Source: Zygnema circumcarinatum SAG 698-1b
Taxonomy: Eukaryota > Plantae > Zygnematophyceae
Assembly: GCA_037447605.1 (NCBI GenBank)
Contig: CM074806.1
Span: forward strand, 4,092,001-4,156,000
Direction: 5' to 3'
Length of the DNA: 64,000 nt
The position numbers were made by a program, and so were the translations under genes. Within the stretch, counting starts at the first letter, position 1, and the number at the start of each line of letters is the position of its first letter. The notes under the pieces are model-generated. The model was not told the origin of the DNA. It ran no database searches and saw only the letters and a program-made list of their open reading frames with translations. Of this stretch, positions 40,491 to 54,600 are shown piece by piece.

Positions 40491-42052
40491 TTCCTTTCCC
40501 CCGTTCATACCGAATACAGTAAAGGAAAATTGTACAGGAAGTATACAGAGGGAGGAGAAGTAGAGAAGCCCAGCAGCTGTGCCTGCTTCCTTTCCTCCGT
40601 TGTCCGAGGGCGAAATTCTTTGGGAATTAGGGCGGCATTCTTTTGGTTCGGCAAGGAGCCCCATGGTTCAGCGTGATATCGTCTCTTTCTGCTGAGATGT
40701 GCAAATTTGAATCAATCTCACAGCGTAAGGGAGAAATCTCTGTATTCCAGTTCTGTCGTTCCTTGCTCAGAACGGCGAAGCGAAGACTGCCTCACATACT
40801 TAAAAATAATCTAGGTGTATTTTTCCCTTTTTGGGAGAGGGAGGGAGAGGTGGGCGGGTGAGGAAGGGGAGGGAGAAGTGGGAGGTGAGGGAGGGGTTGA
40901 AGAGGGTGGGAAGGGGGAGAGGCACCTCAAGATCTGTTGGGTTGGCTCACTCTTCTGGCCGAATTGGTGCCAAAGAGCAGCTCGTTAGCCAATTGTTGTG
41001 AAGTAGCAATGTTCTATTTACAAATTGGGATCGTTTTTGCCCTCAAATGGACTCAATGCTTAAGAATTGCCTTTTTTTTTATGGACTATTTAGGTTGAAC
41101 CACCCTATGCCATGGATCTCTAGATGAGGAATCAGAAACGAGACATTCAGGCCATTCAGGACGTTTATGCATGGCAGTCCTTTGGGGAAACCACTGGCTT
41201 GATCGTGATGTCACGTGATGTGATGTTATGGGGTGTGATGCAGTGACGGTGATATAATGCAATCACAATAGTGTAAAATTACCGGCTTAGTTATAACTAA
41301 TAACTGAAAGAAAACTACTCGCCATGAACGACCAGAATTACTATAATTATCGTTGTTATCTCGTTTAGTTAATAATTGCATCTGATTAGTCATGTATTTA
41401 TAAGCCAAATCCACTGCTACCCCAATCCAAAGTGGGTACTGACTCGACCGACTCAAAGTTGCCAAACTTAAATCACATTACACACGTCATCACCCAACAG
41501 GGTTCAGAGACCTTTCTTTCTGAAAAGAGCGAAATGAACCCTCTGCCCTCCGCGTTTTCCCAAAAGTTCCAAAATGGAGTCGTCCACACAAATGAAAGGC
41601 AAACTGAACTCTGAGCAAAACAACATCATAAAAGCCGCCGAAAACCTCTCCTGCAGTCGCCTGTTCTATGTTTCACAGAAGCCTAAATGTACAGCAAAAG
41701 TTTCTGAAAATTGAGCACCAAAAATGTCGGTAGGTAAGCCAGAATTACAATCCGCAAAAAATAGAGCTTCACCTTGCTTCACATAGGCTACAACGCCCTA
41801 TGAGAAAACTCGCATGTACATAATGTGACCCATAGCTCATACACCTTACAAGACGCAGCCACTCTCCTAAATATAAAACGTTGGTGAAAGAGAGGCTTAC
41901 GTACATACGTGGAAACTTGACATTGATATTGACATTGACAACCCCTAATCAACTTGACATCGACAGTCACTAATCACACTTGTTATACAAAAGTTCACCG
42001 TACTTCCATCTTCTCAGATTAGAGTGCAGCAGTGGTCACAGCGACCCACACC

Positions 42053-45000
42053 TCATAGTTTCCCTCCGGTAAGTTCCAAGGAGACCTTCGGGTACTCCCT
42101 TCCAAGCTGTCCCAACGTGTTGAAAAAGGAGCCATAGTACTCTCCCGTCTCTCCAGTGTAGACCTGATGCAGCAAGAAGCTCCCTCAGTATGATTTTGTT
42201 GAAGTGAAATCAGTCAAGACATTTCATTAAGCCTCATGTCTTACTGCCAGCTCGACGAGGGTGAAGTATGCAGCACAGAACTCCGCGTAGCATATCGTAA
42301 TGTGATGCAACGTGCTATGTGATGTAATTAGATCTGATTTGATGTAATATCCCAGAATGATGGGCAAGGCCTAGAATGGCGCAATGTGATGTGGTGTAGG
42401 ATGATGCAATACCATGTATGGAGAGTGAGGAAAGCTGAAAAACAGCAGGCCATGGCTCTCGCAACAGGCCATGAGAGCCCATGAGAGAAGGGATTTAAAA
42501 AAGAAAACAAATCTAGCGTACCACCTTTAGAGACCGCAAGTTGGGACACGAAGCACATAAGCGACTCAGGAATGATGCCAGCCCCGCGTTCAGCTTTGTT
42601 GCCGCAATCACCACCTGGCAGACCCACAGAAAGGGGCATTTAGGTTTATGCCTGAGACACCTGCCAATCCTCAACCTCGATAGCATCAACAAAGGTCAAA
42701 CTTCAAGTTTTCATGGTCAAATGAGTACCTCCTCCAAGAAGCGGAGTGGCACCGATTCACTTCCAAAAAATCGCCACCAGTCAGCTGCCACCAGAGAGAC
42801 TGCCTCCTCAGTGAGGACCTGCAGCCTGCGCCTCTCCCCATGCAAATTCAGTTTCACATAGAATTGGCTGTTCCAATCCCACCCACTTGATTTTTTCTTC
42901 AATAAATCGATAAATTAGAACTGGAGGATTCTGTTTGACGCCCCAACAAACAAAAACCGTTGAGTAGGGCAGTCAATCGCCGACCTTTTCAAAGCCGGAC
43001 AGACAGATCCCATTGCAGGTGCTCTATGGTCTCCCACCAGTCCGACCTGTCCAGTTGGGCCTCCTCCGAGTCGCAAATCCTCCAAAGATGAAAAGCCCTT
43101 CGAAAATTTCGTCCAACACCTCTGTAACAACCGCTGAAAAAACTGCTTCCCTCACGATCCCCAAGTTCCATGCATTTAGTTGCAGAATGTAGGCATAGCA
43201 CCGTCACATAAAGGTACATGTAGCAGCAGTAAAGCGTGAAACAAGGAGCCCGCTGAGTGAGTGCCACCTGGCAGCCCTGTGGACAGTCGAGCGTTAAGTG
43301 CTTGAGATTGCGAAGTGCACTGCTGCAAGGCTCCACTACTCGCAGATTCCCACATTTCACAAAGAGGCACTCTAAAGTAGCGCACATGTGGAACGCAAGG
43401 TTTAGCGGTTGAGCAGATTCTGCTCGGATTTCCGTTACAGCGGGCCCACCCACGCTGACGTCTTGCATGTCGCCCATGAACACTTCAACGCGCCTACAAA
43501 TTGAAAAGAATGGAAAAAATTCGATTGGGGTCTTGAAAACGCGTTGATTTCTTGAAGTAACGACACTTGGTAAAATGACTGGCGGGATATGAAGGTTACA
43601 AATGGGAGGTTTATTGGGTTACAGGGGTGGCTTCAAATGGCTTTCAGGGTAAACCAGAGAGGTAAAGGGATGACTGCGTACTTGAGATGAATATGTGAAA
43701 CTCGGATTTTTGCAGTGGTAAGAGCTGATATGTGGCGCATGCTTAAGTCCTCCAGAACCAAACACGATTCCAAGATCTCGGACAAGTTATCCTGTGATAA
43801 AGCCACTTTCTCCAGTACCAAGGTTCTGCAATAATTGAAACTCCCCATTAAGAACGTAATAACCCACACAAAGCAAGGAGCAAGAGAGTTCCTTAGACAT
43901 GAAATGAAATGACAGGTAGGATGGGAGGGCCCATAGCGACAACCAATAGCGGGGGAGACCAGAAGCTGAATGCCAGTGAATCGTCTAATCGAAGGCAGCG
44001 ATTGAACGTCTGTTATAGTCACAACAAGCGCAAAGAGTTCGATGCTATAGTGATTTTCAAAGTTCAAAGTTCCAACTTCCCATTCCTAAGAGCTCACAGC
44101 CAAAGCCAGCAAGCCTCTTGCCTTAGATAGCACATTTTTGCCATAGTGGGCTCGTGCTTGAAGATATATTCTCCCGAAAATGTCAGTTTCTGAAGCTGCT
44201 TGCAGTACTGCGAAATGTTGAGCAGCTGCCGCGTGTTCCTGAAGCCTTCCAAGTCGTCCGAATCTTCCAAGTATAGCTCGTCTAGTTGCCGGCCTGCATG
44301 CAGGAGCCAGCTCAAAAGGAGAGCCTCCCTTGCGGGGCCTCCCCAAACTTCATGTCGGATTCGCAGCCTCCGCAGACCCCTTGATCGGAGGATCATTGTG
44401 CTAACTGTCTCATCGTATCTGTCTGCAGTAAGCTTCAGCGCGAGTGGAACAAAATCAAGGGTATCAACCTGTGATGGCAGGGAAAGCAGAGGGTGAGAGA
44501 GCCAAAGAGCCAGAAAGAGAGAGAGAGAGAGAGAGAGGGAGAGGAGGAGAGGGGGGGAAGAGGGAGGGGGGCAGGGGGGGAGGGCGGGGGAAGCGGGAAG
44601 GGTTAGGGGGAAGGGTCGGGGGGGGGATGCGAACAGCGAACATACATCAACTTAACGCTACATTTGACAATTGCAAAATTTCCCTATATCATGTGACGCC
44701 AGCTGATTCTGGTAATGTTCACTGTTGTCTAACTGAGGCATATATGATTCGTTATCATCTTGTGACTGACGCAATTTCTCAATAATCTACTTCAATTACG
44801 GCCTTGCTCGCTGCAATGTCGCACAAAACCACACCATGCTCTACTCTAGAGTTAACTAATCAAAATGCAAGTCTTCCACCGGAGAGAGCTCTATCAGGGC
44901 ACTAAAAAATGAAAAACGTGAGATCGTCAGACAGAAACAGCACCCTCCAGCAAACTCCAGTACTCAAAATGCCATTTTCTGACGAAACAAACTGACAACA

Positions 45001-45315
45001 CTAGGCCTAGTTAGTGAAAAACCAAGTGAGTTTTTTCTTCATAGTTCAAAGAAACTACATGCATTGGAATAACTTGCGCACCTGCGCAGAGAGACGGCGC
45101 CAAAGAGTACAAACAGTTGCACTAATTGCAACATCCCGAGCATCTCTCAACTTGCATAGCACCGCTCCCTGAGCCTCCTCGGGAAGCTGCGCCAGTCCAA
45201 GGCAGGTCCGTTTAACGAAACTTCCCGCCCTTCCTCCTGCAGCAGAAGGTCCTCCCTTGACATCCATGTCTTCCTCCAACTTCTCTGCTTTTTTCCTGTT
45301 CCCCTTCGGTTTCAT
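42053..45315 (-). CDS. F-box/LRR protein (plant At1g67190-like type)
   Basis: F-box LAQLPEEAQGAVLCKLRDARDVAISATVCTLWR, followed by LRR-like exons (LRRLRI, CKQLQKLTF, ILESCLVLEDLSM, LRNLKHLTLD, SSLEDLRL). Last exon ends ...YPKVSLELTGGKL*. Confidence 0.8.
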
Positions 45316-45941
45316 CCCTTGCAGCGTTCTCCGTCACAAGCACCAGATGCAAGATATGCAGGCCACAAGTCCTTTCTTCTCTGCGGAATGCTTGCTCTAT
45401 TCAGCCCCGCATTCAGATGATGCTTGCAAGCTCCAGAAATTAGGGTTATGGCGGTTGGCGGGTTGGCCTTATGGCCAAGCGAAGCGAACCCTGCCGTACG
45501 GTACAACACGAAAGGCACTGTACGGTATAGTACGGCAAACTACTGTACAAACATGGAAAATTTCGGAAATTCAAAGATATAGTTTTTGTCACATATATAT
45601 TATTAATTTTCATCATGGAACCGCAGGTAAAGTTTTAATTTTGGAAAAGCGTTGCCGTTGGTTAGCGTTCTACGGTACGCTTAACTGGGATCAAATAAGA
45701 AGCGTACGGACAATAGCAGTCTGTACTCACTGCCCCCTTCTGCCCTACAACCCCAACTCCCTCTCCCTCTTTCCCACTCCCTCCCCCTCTCTCTCTCTCG
45801 CCTCACTTTTCACTCTCTCCTATAGCGATAATAAGAGGTTTTCGAGAGGCTTGTGAGCGCTAAATTTCGCAGGGAGAGCGGGGAGTGGAGGGGGCGGGAG
45901 GCATCCTGGCGGCTCTTCTGAGGGGGCACAGAAGGGCGGCC

Positions 45942-48900
45942 ATGGCTGCCAGCCAGGCGGCGGTGCTGGCGCTATCGTCGGCTGCCACGTGCCGCCCTCT
46001 CGCTTCGTCAGTTTCCAGGGCGTGGGGAGCTTTAGGGCCAGCTTCTGTGCGGGATATGGTGAGTGGAGGAGTGGGAGTGTGGGGAAGGGAGCGAGTGAGA
46101 GGGAGGAGGGGGAGGAGGGAGAGAGAGAGAGAGGGAAAGAGAGAGAGAGAGAGAGAGATTGGAAGAAGATAGAGGTTGAGGAGGGAAAGAGAAAGAGGGA
46201 GGAGGGGGAGGAGGAGAGAGAGAGAGAGAGATGAGTGGGAGGATGGAAAGAGTTAGAGGGTTAGGAGGGAAAGAGAGAGAGGGAAGAGGGGGAGGAGGGA
46301 AAGCTGGAGGGAGGAGCGGGAGGAGGAGGGAATTGGAGTGGAGGGAGGGAACGAAGGAGAGGAGAGGAGAGGGAGGGAACGGCATTTGCTTTGCCTTTTG
46401 CTTTTGAGCGAAATTCAACGGAATAGTTTTGTAATTTTCTTAGCATTTTAGTTTTCAGTGGGCTTAAAGGTATCCTGAATGCACCGATCGAAATGCTTTT
46501 CCCTTTGCACATCGGGCAAATGTAACTTTGGAAAGTAAACTATTTATTTCAATTTTTAATAAACACCGTTTCCTTTCGCCGCCAGCCCAAATGACGAGCT
46601 TTAAACGATACCCCAATAATCTTCACTGCAGTTGTGAATATGAAGTAACTAAGTTCACTCCCTTTTGCAGGAGACTTGGAACATGAGTCGAGGAATTCAC
46701 CCTTTTTTGCACTCTGCTTCAGCCCTTCATCGAAATATTTCTATCACTAGTAGAAATAATGTTCAATCCTCGCCGTGCATCCTCCAAGAGGGCCCACATC
46801 CAGGAGGCCCTGTTCACACTACAGCGACAGTTGGTCAAGGACTGCGAATCGGATCAAGTGCGAACGCCGTCGGGTTCAGATGGATCGGTTCGACTCTTTC
46901 TCGAGGTATGGCCCGAAGCCGGGGAAGTAAAGCTCCAGCCAAAAAGAAAAAGGGAGGGAAGCCGGATGACGGTGCATTAGCATTGAGTGAGAAGGATGTT
47001 CGAATTATCGATAAGACAGGAACAATTCAAAAGGAAATTGCGTATGAGAAGAGGAAGAAGGAGTTGAAGGTGAAGAAGAAGAGGCAGAAGGTGGAAGCAC
47101 TGAAGAAGAAGGCGACATCGAACGCATTGTCGTTTCTAGGAGGAGTTGGGTTGCAAGGGGATAACTGGAGTCAGTTTGATAGAGGGGGGTGGGCAGAGGG
47201 AGGGCATGAGTGGTATGGCGGAGAGTTAGGGCAGTCGGAGATGCGGTTTAATAAGAAGCAGACTAAAATTGTAGGAGCAAGAGGGAGAGTGATTGAAGAT
47301 GCACGGAGTTATAAGGAGAGGCAACAAGCAGAGAGGGCGGAAAGACTTGGTAGGAGGGGAGGGAGATTTGGAGGGGGAGGGGGTGGGTCAAGCTGGACTC
47401 AAAGTGGGGAGTGGAGAGAGGGAGGTATGGGGGGGGGGGGGGCGCGACTGTACGGGGAGCAGAGAGTGGGGAGAAGGGGGATGGAGGGGGAGAGAGAGGA
47501 GGTGTGGGAGAGGGGGAGGAAAGGGGGGGCTATAGTGAGTGGGAGGAGAGGGAGTTGGGACGAGGGGATTAGAGAGGGAAGCAGGAGTTGGCCGAGAGAG
47601 CAGGAGTTGCAGGATGATTGGCAGGAGTTTCAGGAAGTAAAAAAGAGGTATCCGGAGTTTGATGGAATTGGGGACGGGAGGGAGGGATTTAGTGGTAGCA
47701 GGAGAGGGAGATTGGAAGATGATGAATTTAGACGTGACGATAGAGGAAGATGGGATGACAGAGATAATCAATTGAGGGGGAGAAGAAGAGAAGATGAGTG
47801 GGATGAGAGTGTGAGTAAGAGAGGCGGGAGAGGCATTGACTATGGAAGGGGAGTTAAAGGAGAGGAGTGGGGAACAAGTGGAGGTTACGAAGGGGAAAGA
47901 AAGGGAATGGTCCTGTCTGACAGAGGGAGAGAGAGTTATAGAGAAGGGAGGGACAATAGGGAAGAGGGTAGAGATAGGAGCATAATAGGGTCTGTAGGAG
48001 GGGCAGAGAACGTAAGGAGGGTAGAAAACAGGAGAGGACATGCTGAGTTGGATGGTTCGGAAGAAGGGAGGACGAGAGGGAGTGATAGGACTGAAAGGAG
48101 GAGGGAAGCAGAGGAAGCAAAGAGCGAGAAAAAAGCAAAGCACAAGTGGCAACCCATATGGCCACTAGACCATGCAGCTGCGTGGGAGGGTGAGCTAAAG
48201 AAAGCAGTGGAAGCGAGAGAGAGGGGATCGGCTGAGGGGGGTATGGAGGAGGAACTAGCAGCCACGGATGCCCCTGAGGAGGGTGTAGAGAGGGGGTTGT
48301 TGCCGGAGTGGGGAGTGCTGGATGGAGGTAGAGTACGGCGGGAGTGGGGTAGAGGGAGTGGAGGAGAGGAGAGGAGGAAAGCAGAGGTAGTGGGAGAAGA
48401 GGGGGATGGGCAGGTGGATGGCAGCTGGGGAATTAACGTGTTGGGAAGAGGGCAAAGGGCCGAGAGAGAGAGGTGGAGAGAGGCGCGCAGCGGCATGTTA
48501 GGTGAAAGCAGTATGGAGGAGCTGAGGTTGGGAACGGCAGAGGGAATATTTGACGATGCTGAGGATGACAGTTGGAAGGGAGCATCGATGGGAGATGGAA
48601 AACCATTAGTGAGAGAGAGGGTCTCGCTTAAGGCAACGATGGAGTCTTCCCAAAGTGGAATAAGTCTTCAGAAGGAGACCTTCATAGGCGAACAGAAAGA
48701 AGAAGCTCTGGGACGAGAGGTCTCACCCTCGCTCGAAGAGAAAGAGGAAGCGGAGTTTTGGGAAGAGGTGGGAGACGGAGAGAGAGGGGCTTCAGAGGAG
48801 CTGCTTAGCAGTATCTGGGATGCGAGTGAGCCTCTGCTTGCGGGTTCAACATTTGGAAGCGAAGCAAGTGGTTCGGGAAATGGGTCAAGTGAAGAAGTTC

Positions 48901-50906
48901 CTTTGGATCACAAGGGTGAAGAAGGGGAGGGTGTGTCAGATATGAGGAAGGAGGTGGAAACCAATTTGGGATATGCGAGAGGAAGGACACAAAGTTCATT
49001 TGCTAGTACTAGTTCAGGAATTGATGAAGTGAAGCGAGATAAAGGCTTGCTGGTTGAACCCTTAGGCTCTGCAGGTCGAGGCAGAGGAAGTGGGGGGGTG
49101 GTAGGAATGCAGACAAGGGCAAGAGACTCGTTTCCGGCATTCTCTAAGTGGGAAAGCTTGGGAGAGGGAGGGTTGGGGCAGCCTGTAGAGGGTGGAGGTT
49201 TAGAGGCTGTGGATGTGCAGAGGGGTTCAGGGAGGGGAAAGGCTTTGCAGCAGAGTAATGAGGGGGCTATGGGGAATGCAGGTGCAGGAAGGGGAGCTGG
49301 AAAAATGGTGGGCTTTGAAGGGAACCCTGAAGGCTTCAAGGAGTGGTATGCGGAAAGGTCGAAGGCTTCAGCCATGGCTGCTGGAAACAGCTCAGGTAGC
49401 GGTTTGGGGAGAGAGAGACGGAGAGAGAATACAGGTGGGAGGAGGTTAGAGGAGGGAGGAGAGCACAGGGAGAGGTATAGAGAAGGAAGTAACGAGGATG
49501 ACAGTTCTGACAGGTTTCAGTCAGATGCCCACTCTTCATGGGTTCAGGGAGAGGTAGTGTACGGAGTAGCCCCAGTGCAGGCAGCCCTTCAAGCAGGAAG
49601 GAGGAAATGTTTCTCCCTTTATGTGCAGGAAGGGGTTGAGGAGAATTTGGGTCCCAAAGGAAAACGGAAAGATAAAGCGGGAGTGATGTGGATATTGAGA
49701 GAGGCGGAGAGGAAGGGTGTTCGCACTATCCGAACGGGAAAGCATGAACTGAATCTTCTGACTGGAAATAGACCCCATCAGGGCCTTGTTCTCGATGCAT
49801 CTCCTTTGGAACTTGAAATTTTGGATACTCTGCCCGACGTTTCCGACCTGACCGGAAAATCTGACGTCTGGGTGGCGCTGGACGAAGTGGTGGATCCAAT
49901 GAATTTTGGGGCAATTTTACGGTCTGCCCATTTTTTGGGGGCAGGCGGCGTGGTTGTATGTGCGAAAAATTCCGCTCCGTTAAGTGCAGTTGTGGCAAAG
50001 GCAAGCGCGGGAGCTATGGAAGTGATGAAGGTGAGTGCAGAATGGATAATATTTTCTCATTTTTTGGTTGGAAACATTGGACGGAACCTGATAAAGAAGC
50101 TCCCCAACCTGGCAGAATACTTATATGCCTTTACTAAAGCAAAAAAAGCACACACGAAAATCGAACATGTGGTTGATGTACCGGAACCAATGTATGGGTA
50201 TTCAAATTTTCTGTTTTTGCAGATTCACTCGTGCCGCAATATGGTCCGATTTTTGGAGCGATGCACTTCTGCAGGATGGCTCGTTGCCGGAGCTTCCGCG
50301 GAAGCTTCCGCCGTACCCATCACTCGGCTGCCACGTGGCATTCCCACATTGCTTGTTTTGGGGAACGAAGGAGTGGGATTAAGGACAACTGTCAGGAGGG
50401 CTTGCACTCACATGGTGAGCATTAGGGCGGGAGGGGCTGTGTGGGAGGAGAGCAGTCAGTCAGAGGGAGATGAGAGAGGAGAGGGAGAGGGAGAGGGGGA
50501 GGAGAGGAGTGAGGCGCAGGACTTAACAGATGGCGAGGAGTGGAAGGGAGGGAGCGGGCCTGCGGTAGTGGACAGTTTGAATGTGAGTGTGGCGACGGGA
50601 ATTCTACTCCATGAACTTCTGGTGAGGCAGAAAGACCTGCCGACGGTGTATATGAAGGGAGGTTTCAACGAGGGGAGAGAGAGAGAGAGCGTAGACCTTG
50701 GGGAGCTGAAGGAGAAGGCTGCAGCAATGGGAGAGGGAGGAGGAGCGGGAGATGGTGGAGAGAGTGAGGCAGTTTCAATGTGGAAGGAGAGTGGAGCCAT
50801 GGATTCTAGAGGGAGAGGTAGTGAGGGGGGAGCCCCTTTTGAAGGAGTAAACGAAGAGGACGCAATTCAGCTTAAAGCGACCACTGGCACAGAGGGTGGG
50901 CGATGA
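45942..50906 (+). CDS. SpoU/TrmH (SPOUT) rRNA 2'-O-methyltransferase, MRM1-like, with a very long low-complexity N-terminal extension
   Basis: Motifs include GEVVYGVAPVQAAL, RPHQGLVLDA, VALDEVVDPMNFGAILRSAHFLG, KASAGAMEV, LVLGNEGVGLR and VDSLNVSVATGILLHEL. Exon 1 (45942-46058) is transit-peptide-like and splices in frame to 46671. Second intron at 50031-50222. Confidence 0.9.
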
Positions 50907-51600
50907 CAGGCATAGGTTGCATATTGAATTTTTTTTCCCATTTATGAATGATTGGAGAAGAGCATCCAAGGCCCTCAATAGTTTCGGCAGAGGAAAATGA
51001 AGCATTTGCATATTGATCTTGCTTGCTGATGTTGATTTTGTGATGCGGCACGGGAAGTGATGTTACTGGTGATGATGTTGGAGGCATGCATATCATCATT
51101 TGATGTGGTAAGGGCCCCAACTGCTAGAAGCTTTCTTAATGTGTATTGTTTGGATTTGAATGTTCTTGACAAAAAAAAAATCATTTCACTTCTCGAGTTA
51201 AGTCTCAGCGAGTTCAAATTGCATCCATTGGAATTTGATGCAATGCTGTTAGAGCAATCAATCGACCAAAGAAATCGCAAAGGTATTTGTTTGAAAACTC
51301 TAAAATTCTCAAAGTCAATTGTACAAGTTTTGAGGCGTCAGATTCGCTCACAATGGAACAGCATTCTATCCCTTTGTCTATGCTGGGACCTTTCCAAGAA
51401 ACGGCTGAAAGGAAAAAAGAGAAGGGGGGGGGTGAAGGGGGAGAGGACTTTTCAGCAAAAAAAAAAAAAAACTTTTTCCTGTACACTACACCACCTCACC
51501 CTTGAAGCTTTCATTCCTGCGACTGGAAAGATGGTTTCATTCTTCACAGCAAAACCCTAAAATCTGCGGAACTCCTTCAAAGAACGTCTTAATTCTTGAC

Positions 51601-54600
51601 CTATTGCCCTTTCAACTTCTCAATCTGCTCAAGGAGATGAGTAGATTCCCGCGCCCAATCGATGGCTGAGATGCTGCGAACCTTTATTCTTTGGCGCTTC
51701 TCATTTTGATACTCCGACATCTCCACACTCAGTCTCATATTATAAGGCTGCCAGCTCGCACTCTTCAGAACCGTCTTATACTTCTGCTCTTGATCCTGCA
51801 CAGGTATGAATGAATGAGGTGGTCAATTACTCGTTTTTTATCGAAAAAGCGGGCACCTTATATACAAGTTTAACGTTAAAGATATACTGTAAGTGTATCT
51901 TGGTAAAGCCATTATTTGAGGAGGCTGACCTGCTCTCTTATTTCAGAGAGATCGTCGGCAGTCATCCCAAGGATGGCCTCTCCCTGATCGTTGAAAGCTG
52001 ACACCCAAACTTCGCCTGTTGCATCTCCAACTTTCATTGACAAGATGTACCTGCATGGTGAAGGAAAGGGGGAGTTGAGAGGAAAGGGGGGGGGGGGAGG
52101 CCGAGAAATGGTTGTGGAGATAGGGAGAGAAAGAAGTGTGGTTGAAAGTGGGAGGGGAGAGGGAGAGATTGAGAAGGAAGAGTGAGGGAGACGATAGATA
52201 AAGAAACGGGCAAGCGGGGAAAAGACACGGAGACAGGGAAAAGACACGGGGGAGAGGGAGAGGGAGAGAGAGAGAGAGAGAGGGGGTGGGGTGGGGTGGG
52301 GGGGAAGAAAGGGAGGTTCCACAGATACTATCTCATAAAAGCATACATAAGCATTTTACCTCTTCCTGCAAGACTCGTAGTTCACGCCGCATCCCTCGCA
52401 CCAGTACTGGCCCGAACCGTGGCTCTCTGTAACTTTGCGATTGCACTTTTCACAGGCTTGATAGAACATTGGCTGATCCGGCTTGATGAAGCTAATGACG
52501 AGCCTCGAATTAAAAAATACAGGCTGCTTCCCCCAAAAGAACAAAATGACGCGAAGCATTAGGGCCCATCCGAAAAGTACAACAAGAGCTGATAAACAAG
52601 CATTGTTCAAGTCAATTGAAAATTTCCAATTTCCCTGACTTTCCACGGCAGCCTCCTTCATACATCTACTCACACACCTTTTCGTCTCCAAAGGTCGGTG
52701 TAATGTCACGGAGTGCTAATCTGTTCTCGTAAACCGAATAATTTCCTCCGGCAGATCTTGCAAGGCCTGCGCCTGCAGCTGTGAATGCTGAACTTTTGCC
52801 TTCAGACTCGTACCTAGTATTCAGAGCACATTAAACACAAGCACACATACAATCAGCATCACAATTTCAGGCGCTGATTTCAAAAACCAGTTTCATGAAT
52901 AACATGCTTTTGTTTGTGTTTTTAGGGTTTTTAGGAAACATGCTGACATACCATTCTTGCAGCTCAGATGCCTCTGCAGTTGTAGGTTTGATGGTAAGCA
53001 TGCTCCTGGCTGTAGTGCTCAGGCTGACACCTGCAACTCATCCTTACAGTCATTAGCGATATACAACTTACTATAGTAAGGTCAACATTGTACACAGCGA
53101 GCACTGCATGCACCTAAAGCAAACAAAGGGAAATTTAAACGACAGAGCAGTCTTTACATGTGTCCTTTGATCGAAGACAAGCGTAAGAGTGCATATGATT
53201 TCTGACAGGTTGCTTAAGTAGGATTTGCTGGATTTGCTAAACTAAACTCTTTGCGAAGATTTAAAATGGAAAAGTTCCATGCAGGTCACCTTGGAAGTCT
53301 CCCACACGAACTGCTTTGACTGCCACAATCGGCTCTTCATGAGCGATTTCCATCAACTTGGCTCCCTGTTCTACGGCGAAGTTGTCCCACAGAGTTACCA
53401 CCACCGTTTTGTTGCTGGAAAAAAGAAAGGAAAGAAAGGAGAAGCGCAAGAATGAAATAAGAAAACAAGAAATGATTAAGCTGGAGAAACTGAACGTAGG
53501 GACCCCTCCACCCTCTCCCTGTGTGGGTGTCTGCCTCCCTCTCTCACTTTCTCCCTCTCACTCGTTCTTTATCTCTCCTGCTTTCGTCCAGCACTCCCCT
53601 CTCTCTTTTCCAGTACTTATAATGAAGCTTACGAAGGCAGCCGCAGCTCAGTTATGAAAGGACATTTCTAAAAGATTAAAGCAAAGACGAGGAAAGAGAA
53701 AGAAAAATATACCTCTGATCTGCAATTGTAATTTCACGCTTAGGAACTTCATCTCCGTTGCTCTTCCGACGAATCGTCAGAATCGGAGTGACATTTTGGA
53801 CGACTCCGATCACATCTGCACCATCAAAAGGGGCGGTGAGGCAGATCCCTGAACTGTTCTGACCCTTCGAGAAGGTTCATCATGCCACAGCATGACAAGA
53901 ATTTTTTGATAAAGTACTGGGGCATTTGTGAAGAGGGGGGGAATCGAGATGTCTGGCAGAGAAGGGAGGGTGAGGCGAGAGAGAGAGAGTGGGAGAGAGA
54001 GAGATCTTGAGAAAACCGCTAAGAGGGCGCGTGACTAAGCTCACCGACTGCTCCCCTGACGCCGATGTGCGGCCCCAGATTGTCAATCTTTACGAAATTA
54101 TAAGTTACGAGAGGGATGGAGCTCTTGGCGTTTTCGTCTTCTTCCGCCTCCTCCACTTGCGAGCTCGCATTCAAATTCATCTCATAATCATTTTTAACGG
54201 AGCTAAACTGCTTGTTGGCGGGCCGCAGGGTGCCTTTGGAGACGAAGTACACCTGCTCAACAGGTTAAATGTCAACAGAAAATTGTCAGTTTGAGTTTAA
54301 GATTGAGTTTGAGTTTAAGTTTCTATATAGGAGCTGCAGCCTGCTTTGTGACGGATGAGAAGCCGTGAGGTGCTTGGAGGGGGTCAGGAAAGAAGTCAAC
54401 GTAGAGCAAATGGTTAAAGAGCAACCAAAAAAGAAGTGGAGAATGAAGAAGAAAGAAAAGTGGTGTCCTCTAGCTATCGCTTTATTCTTATATGTACATT
54501 AAATAAATAGACGGGTTCCCTACTTTTCCAAGCTCAAAAATGGGGTAAAACTTGTCCGCCGCTTCGCGCCACATTGTCGCCTGGATTTCTGTTCCCTGAA

